IMG/VR virus record: IMGVR_UViG_3300031848_000010
Coordinates: 1-42,917 of that record
DNA from: a virus
Lineage: Duplodnaviria > Caudoviricetes
Reading direction: 5' to 3' (one strand)
DNA: 42,917 bases
Position 1 is the first letter of the stretch; the number at the start of each line of letters is the position of its first letter. Below are positions 38,119-42,917 of the stretch, in pieces. The notes beneath the pieces were generated by a model. The model saw only the letters and a program-made list of their open reading frames with translations. It had not been told where the DNA came from and ran no database searches. The translations under genes and the position numbers were made by a program.

Positions 38119-39551
38119 AAAAAATTACTGAAATAGATCCGCAGACAGCTGCACAGCAGGTAATACCTATGTTGGATGAAATCTCGCCTACAATGTGTAT
38201 GGCTAAGTGGCTCTGGAGCAGTATACATTTAACTAATGGATTGACTAATAGTTGCTTCTTACCGCCACTGCACAAAATTGATGCAGAAGCTGTCAAAAAG
38301 AATCCTCGTGCATTGCATAACACACCTGAGAAAAAAGCACAACGTAAAATGATGCTTGAAGGTAAACAACCAGACGGGTGTAGTAGCTGTTGGAAAGTAG
38401 AAGCACAAGGTAAGCAACTCAGTGATAGAGCATATCGTAGTTCAGAGCCGTGGGCACAACAAGGTTGGGAAGATGTAATATCAACGGGTGCCGATGGAGA
38501 CATTGACCCTACATACTTAGAAGTAAACTTTAACCATGCTTGTAACCTAGCGTGTAGCTACTGTAGTCCTCATCTAAGTAGCAAGTGGGCAGAAGACATT
38601 AACGAACACGGTCCTTATCCTACAAAGGTACCACATAACAGTATTGACTATTTTAAAAGTATTGGGCATTATCCAATTCCTAATAGAGAAGAAAATCCGT
38701 ATGTAGAAGCATTTTGGAAATGGTGGCCGGATCTTTACCCCAAGCTAAAGCATTTTAGGATGACAGGCGGTGAACCGCTAATGGATAAAAATACATTTCG
38801 TGTGTTAGATTATGTATTAGATCATCCACGCACAGATCTTAATATGAGCATAACAACTAATGCAAGTGTTCCACAAAAAAATTGGAATAAGTTTGTTGAT
38901 ACTGTTAGCTTTATTGACGAATACAAAAAATTAGAAAGCTTTAGACTGTACGTTAGTGTTGACGGCTGGGGAGAACAAGCTGAATACATGCGTGATCCAT
39001 TAGATTTTGACCTACTATGGAACAATGTAAACAACTATCTTACCAGAACCCAAGACGGCTTAGTTACGTTTATTATAACATTAAATATGTTAAGTATGCC
39101 AAGTGTTAAGCGTTTAATGCAAGGTATATTAGAATTACAGCGTATACACAATGTTAAAAAGACAAGACGCGATGATAATGGAAAGTTAACCTTTTATGGT
39201 AACCATAGAGTATTTGTAGATACTCCGGCATTAAACTTTCCGGCATGGCAAAGTCTAAAAGTGTTACCAGAAGAATTTTGGCACTACGGGGATGACTGTT
39301 TAGAATTTATGAAAGCTAACACAGACAAACATAGAGAAAGCCGTTGGGTAGGATTTAAACCACACCAAATACAACGGTTTCAAAGAAGCTTAGATTTTAT
39401 GAAACAACAACTTCCTGCACAAGAAAAGCTCGAAGCACAACAGAACTTTGTTAAGTTTTTTGAAGCATACGACAAACGCCGCGGCCTAGATTTTCATGCT
39501 ACGTTTCCTGAACTAAGCCCGTACTTTAATAAATGGAAAGATAGCATATGA
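38115..39551 (+). CDS. Radical SAM enzyme with N-terminal twitch-like auxiliary Fe-S motif
   Basis: CNLACSYC (CxxxCxxC), TGGEP, TTN, VSVDG; N-terminal CMAKW...SC...CSSCW. TTG start overlapping the upstream TGA. Confidence 0.9.
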   Translation: MKKITEIDPQTAAQQVIPMLDEISPTMCMAKWLWSSIHLTNGLTNSCFLPPLHKIDAEAVKKNPRALHNTPEKKAQRKMMLEGKQPDGCSSCWKVEAQGKQLSDRAYRSSEPWAQQGWEDVISTGADGDIDPTYLEVNFNHACNLACSYCSPHLSSKWAEDINEHGPYPTKVPHNSIDYFKSIGHYPIPNREENPYVEAFWKWWPDLYPKLKHFRMTGGEPLMDKNTFRVLDYVLDHPRTDLNMSITTNASVPQKNWNKFVDTVSFIDEYKKLESFRLYVSVDGWGEQAEYMRDPLDFDLLWNNVNNYLTRTQDGLVTFIITLNMLSMPSVKRLMQGILELQRIHNVKKTRRDDNGKLTFYGNHRVFVDTPALNFPAWQSLKVLPEEFWHYGDDCLEFMKANTDKHRESRWVGFKPHQIQRFQRSLDFMKQQLPAQEKLEAQQNFVKFFEAYDKRRGLDFHATFPELSPYFNKWKDSI

Positions 39552-40843
39552 GATATTCACATCACCATAACTTATTAAACGAACACAATTTACTTAATCC
39601 TAATAATACAGGACTGTATAGTAACTATCCTTTAGGACCTTCTTGGTTCCCTTTAAGAGAAAAAACTAACCAACAAAAGGGTTGGGATAGTATGTTTATA
39701 GATTTAGGAAAAACGTTTTTTAAAGGAGTGTCTAATCCATATGCTGTATATTGCGGCGTCGGCAAGATAGAATACTTAGAGCAACCAAGTACAGTTTTAG
39801 AGGTAAAGCCAAAGAATAGAGCAAACAAAAAAGGATTAAAGATTTATTTGTTAGAGCCGTTAAGCACTTATAATATTAAGTATCCTGATGATACAGGTAC
39901 ATACACTAATTACGAACTTACAGATATTGAAAATATAAGATCTCGAGAACTAGATAGCATTAATATATTTGCTGAAAGAAACGAATTAGTAGATGTAAGC
40001 GTATATGCTCCTGATTATAAAATTAACGAATATTTTGGAATGACATATCCTGGACTTAAACTATACTGTTCACCAGTTGGATGGAGTTATCCGGCAACAT
40101 TAGATATTAAAATTGAAATACCAGAGTCAACAGACATAACAAAAAAGTTCTGGTGCGGAAATTGGAAATATGCTCCGCATAGACATTTAATTGCAAGTTA
40201 CCTTGTTGGCAAGTATACTCCTGAAGAATATAATTTAAGTTGGATATACGAATCAAATCAGTCAATATTAAAAGACAACTTATGGTTTGACTTAGAAGAA
40301 TTAGAAGAATGGCATGATACTATTGTTGATGGTGCACAAAAATTAGATACAATGACTCCTATGACAATGGGAGTTGAAATAGAACGGGCATTAAAAATTA
40401 AAGAACCTGCTCCAGATTTACATATTAATACAAATCCTAAAGAGTATTATAACGAAACATTTTGTGCTATTGTAAATGAAACTAGATTTGCACAAGCAAC
40501 TGGGTTGCTTACTGAAAAGATAATGAACCCTATGATTAATTGCAAACCTTTTATAATGGTAGGTCCTCCTGGAAATTTAGAGTATATGCGTAAGTGGGGA
40601 TTTGAAACATTCAGTAAGTACTGGGACGAAAGTTATGATACTGAAGAATGCCATCAAAAACGATTTGCAAAAATATTAAAACTCATTGATTGGATAGGCT
40701 CAATGAGTATTGACGAGTTGCGTGAGCAATACGAACTTATGTTACCAACACTGTTGTTTAACCAAGTACACATACTTGATTTGCAAGAAGAACTGCTATC
40801 TGCACCAATAACAAAAAATATACTATTTAAAAGGCTTGGATAA
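39548..40843 (+). CDS. Putative glycosyltransferase, paralogue of 36228..37448
   Basis: KKFWCGN...PHR and VNET...LTEKIMNP...KPFIMVG..G.L..MRKWGFETF...WDESYD. Confidence 0.55.
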   Translation: MRYSHHHNLLNEHNLLNPNNTGLYSNYPLGPSWFPLREKTNQQKGWDSMFIDLGKTFFKGVSNPYAVYCGVGKIEYLEQPSTVLEVKPKNRANKKGLKIYLLEPLSTYNIKYPDDTGTYTNYELTDIENIRSRELDSINIFAERNELVDVSVYAPDYKINEYFGMTYPGLKLYCSPVGWSYPATLDIKIEIPESTDITKKFWCGNWKYAPHRHLIASYLVGKYTPEEYNLSWIYESNQSILKDNLWFDLEELEEWHDTIVDGAQKLDTMTPMTMGVEIERALKIKEPAPDLHINTNPKEYYNETFCAIVNETRFAQATGLLTEKIMNPMINCKPFIMVGPPGNLEYMRKWGFETFSKYWDESYDTEECHQKRFAKILKLIDWIGSMSIDELREQYELMLPTLLFNQVHILDLQEELLSAPITKNILFKRLG

Positions 40844-41439
40844 TGATTATAAAAAATGAAAAGCCATTAAAAATTATTGGCTATACACAAAGCACACTAA
40901 CACAAGAAAGTTTGTTTTATGGTAAAAGCTTTGTAATTGAAGATACTAGTATAATGTCACCACAAGAGTTTAAACAACTACAAAACAAAGACGACTTTCA
41001 ATACTTTATAGGCTTTGCACTAGACCTAAAAGAACGTGAGCAAACTATAGACTTGTTAGACGAATATGATAGTGATTGTGTAACGTATGTACATGATAGT
41101 GCTATTGTGTTTGAAGGAGCAACAATTGGCAAAGGATCATGTGTTGCTAATTTTAGTTCGCTAATGGCAGGCGCAACAGTAGGTAACCATTGCTTTATTG
41201 AAACATATTGTTTAGTAAGTCACGGTACAACGATCGGAAATAACTGTATGTTACACAGTGGCACAATGATTGCTGGTAAAACTACAGTAGGTAAAAATTG
41301 TATGTTTAACTTTAAAAGTGCCGCAATAAACAATATTGAAATATGTGATAACGTTACTATTGGTGCTTTTAGTAATGCAAATAAAAGTATAACAAAAGAA
41401 GGCATATATGTCGGCTCTCCGGCGAGGTTTTTAAGGTGA
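40843..41439 (+). CDS. Hexapeptide-repeat sugar acetyltransferase (NeuD/PglD-like)
   Basis: VHDSAIV, LbH repeats (ATIGKG, ATVGNH, TTIGNN, TTVGKN), catalytic-type SH, terminal YVGSPAR. Confidence 0.88.
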   Translation: MIIKNEKPLKIIGYTQSTLTQESLFYGKSFVIEDTSIMSPQEFKQLQNKDDFQYFIGFALDLKEREQTIDLLDEYDSDCVTYVHDSAIVFEGATIGKGSCVANFSSLMAGATVGNHCFIETYCLVSHGTTIGNNCMLHSGTMIAGKTTVGKNCMFNFKSAAINNIEICDNVTIGAFSNANKSITKEGIYVGSPARFLR

Positions 41440-42173
41440 AACATTTAATAACTAGTGGATGCAGTTTTAGTGAAACTCATTCATCCCATATTAATACATG
41501 GCCTAGGCACTTGAATAGAATGCTGCCTGAATATACTCTTACTAATAGAGCTATGAGTAGTCAAGGCAACGGACTTATTAGTAGAGGTATCATATATGAG
41601 GTTAATGAAAAGTTAAAAACAAATAATGCTGAAGACTTGCTTGTTGGTGTTGTCTGGTCTGGACCTTCTCGGCATGACTATTATGTAGATAGCCCAAAAC
41701 AATTTAAAGGTAAAAATCTAGATGGTTGGATAGACAATCCAACAGATGTTGTACCTGGCGTTAAACAATGGGCAATTCTAAATCATCATTGGAAACATGA
41801 CTCTTCAAAAATGTGGTATAGAAATTTCTATTCACATATTGGCTCCTACATTAACACCCTTGAGCATATTCTTAGGACACAATGGTTTCTTGAAAAACAT
41901 AATATAAAATACTTTATGAGTACGTATACAGCACAAGTATTACCGGGTGAGTTAAATGATGATTTGTCAACTGCTCATTTATATGGACAAATAGATTTTA
42001 CAAAATTTTTACCTATCTCAGGTATACTTGAATGGTCGATGGAATCAGATTGGAAAGCAGGTGATACCCTTCCTAGCTTCCAAGATGCACATGTAGTTGG
42101 ACAACATCCTACAACAGAGCATCATAAGCTATTAACAGAAAAAGTAATATTACCATTTGTTGCATCGCTATGA
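41436..42173 (+). CDS. SGNH/GDSL-like protein (second copy)
   Basis: ITSGCSFSE, SQGN, VWSGPSR and C-terminal QHPT..HH; GTG start overlapping the upstream TGA. Confidence 0.6.
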   Translation: MKHLITSGCSFSETHSSHINTWPRHLNRMLPEYTLTNRAMSSQGNGLISRGIIYEVNEKLKTNNAEDLLVGVVWSGPSRHDYYVDSPKQFKGKNLDGWIDNPTDVVPGVKQWAILNHHWKHDSSKMWYRNFYSHIGSYINTLEHILRTQWFLEKHNIKYFMSTYTAQVLPGELNDDLSTAHLYGQIDFTKFLPISGILEWSMESDWKAGDTLPSFQDAHVVGQHPTTEHHKLLTEKVILPFVASL

Positions 42174-42766
42174 ATTTTGAAACAGTACAAGAGTTTGAAA
42201 AACAGATTGCAAAGTTCTATGGAGCTCCTTATGCAGTAGCAACAGATTGTTGTACACATGCAATTGAGCTATGTTTAAGAATTGAACCATTAACAGCAAT
42301 AGCATGTCCTACTAATACATATCCAAGTATACCAATGACTTTAGAAAAATTAGGAATACGCTGGTACTGGAATAAAGAAAAATGGCAGGAGTATTATTAT
42401 CTTAGTAATACTCGTATAATTGATGCCGCCGTTTATTGGAAAGAAAATAGCTATTTGTCAGGAACATTAATGTGTTTAAGTTTCCAGTTCCAAAAACATC
42501 TTAGTTTAGGACGTGGTGGTGCAATACTGTGTGATAAAGAATATACATATAATACACTAAAGGCAATGAGTTACGATGGCAGGGTACCAAATATACCGTG
42601 GAAAGACCAAGACATAAAACATATAGGTTATCATTACTACATGACCCCGGAAACTGCACAGCAAGGCATAGATAAGCTTCCTACAGCTATTAGAACTGAA
42701 GCTAAAGATTGGACATCAGACGATTATCCAGACCTACGTAAAATGACTGTTTTTGCTAATAAATAG
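42170..42766 (+). CDS. Short DegT/DnrJ/EryC1/StrS-family PLP-dependent sugar aminotransferase
   Basis: FEKQIA..YG..YAVATDCCTHAI, IIDAA, SFQFQKHLSLGRGGAI (PLP lysine), GYHYYM. Confidence 0.85.
   Translation: MNFETVQEFEKQIAKFYGAPYAVATDCCTHAIELCLRIEPLTAIACPTNTYPSIPMTLEKLGIRWYWNKEKWQEYYYLSNTRIIDAAVYWKENSYLSGTLMCLSFQFQKHLSLGRGGAILCDKEYTYNTLKAMSYDGRVPNIPWKDQDIKHIGYHYYMTPETAQQGIDKLPTAIRTEAKDWTSDDYPDLRKMTVFANK
42760..42765 (+). promoter_or_regulatory. Late-type promoter TAAATA upstream of the dehydrogenase gene
   Basis: AATAAATAGTA at the end of the DegT-like gene; AAGGA SD then ATG at 42793. Confidence 0.5.
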
Positions 42767-42792
42767 TAAAGTACGCATATAAAGGAACTTAC

Positions 42793-42917
42793 ATGAAAAT
42801 AGGATTTATAGGCACAGGAAAGCTTGGCATGCCGTGTGCAGAAGCAATGGCAAGTAAACAACACAACGTCACAGGCTACGATATTGCAAAGTGTACTAGT
42901 CATCAAGTAACAATGAT
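42793..42917 (+). CDS. N-terminus of an NAD-dependent dehydrogenase, probably UDP-glucose/GDP-mannose dehydrogenase family (3'-truncated; not in the ORF track)
   Basis: Translates as MKIGFIGTGKLGMPCAEAMASKQHNVTGYDI: Rossmann GxGxxG plus G.D; AAGGA SD. Confidence 0.75.
   Translation, partial: MKIGFIGTGKLGMPCAEAMASKQHNVTGYDIAKCTSHQVTM

Noticed and set aside
1176-42906. Numerous short minus-strand ORFs and a few alternative-frame plus-strand ORFs in the track
   Set aside because: They lie within long plus-strand genes, have no recognisable motifs, and are expected shadows of biased codon usage.
31926-42917. Host O-antigen/capsule locus flanking a prophage
   Set aside because: No att site, integrase, flippase, polymerase or exporter; composition looks continuous with the tail genes and a phage late-type box occurs at 42760.
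1-42917. tRNA, rRNA, CRISPR array, intron/intein or stop-codon reassignment
   Set aside because: Intergenic gaps are under 100 bp with no such structures, no intein or homing endonuclease motifs were recognised, and TAA, TGA and TAG all end genes at sensible boundaries.

Overview
AT-rich, gene-dense, all-plus-strand segment of a large T4-like (jumbo-type) myophage genome; the standard genetic code fits. Bases 1-31.8 kb are a baseplate/tail module: a gp5-like central spike with a C-terminal VgrG3-type muramidase domain, gp25-like and gp6-like wedge proteins, a 5158-aa multi-domain baseplate protein, a small baseplate protein, three paralogous fibre proteins with a shared N-terminal anchor and different tips, and two paralogous structural proteins. 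Several of these genes are preceded by T4-late-like TAAATA boxes. From 31.9 kb, behind a near-consensus sigma70-type promoter overlapped by a perfect 14-bp palindrome, runs a translationally coupled glycan synthesis/tailoring cluster: a possible fibre-chaperone-like protein, two GT8-like and one GT2-like DxD glycosyltransferases, two paralogous putative glycosyltransferases, two SGNH-like proteins, a twitch-type radical SAM enzyme, a NeuD/PglD-like acetyltransferase, a short DegT-like aminotransferase and the start of an NDP-sugar dehydrogenase. The best candidate for a little-described system is phage-encoded glycosylation of its own tail/baseplate, or alternatively of the host surface. All family assignments come from motif recognition by eye, not from database searches.
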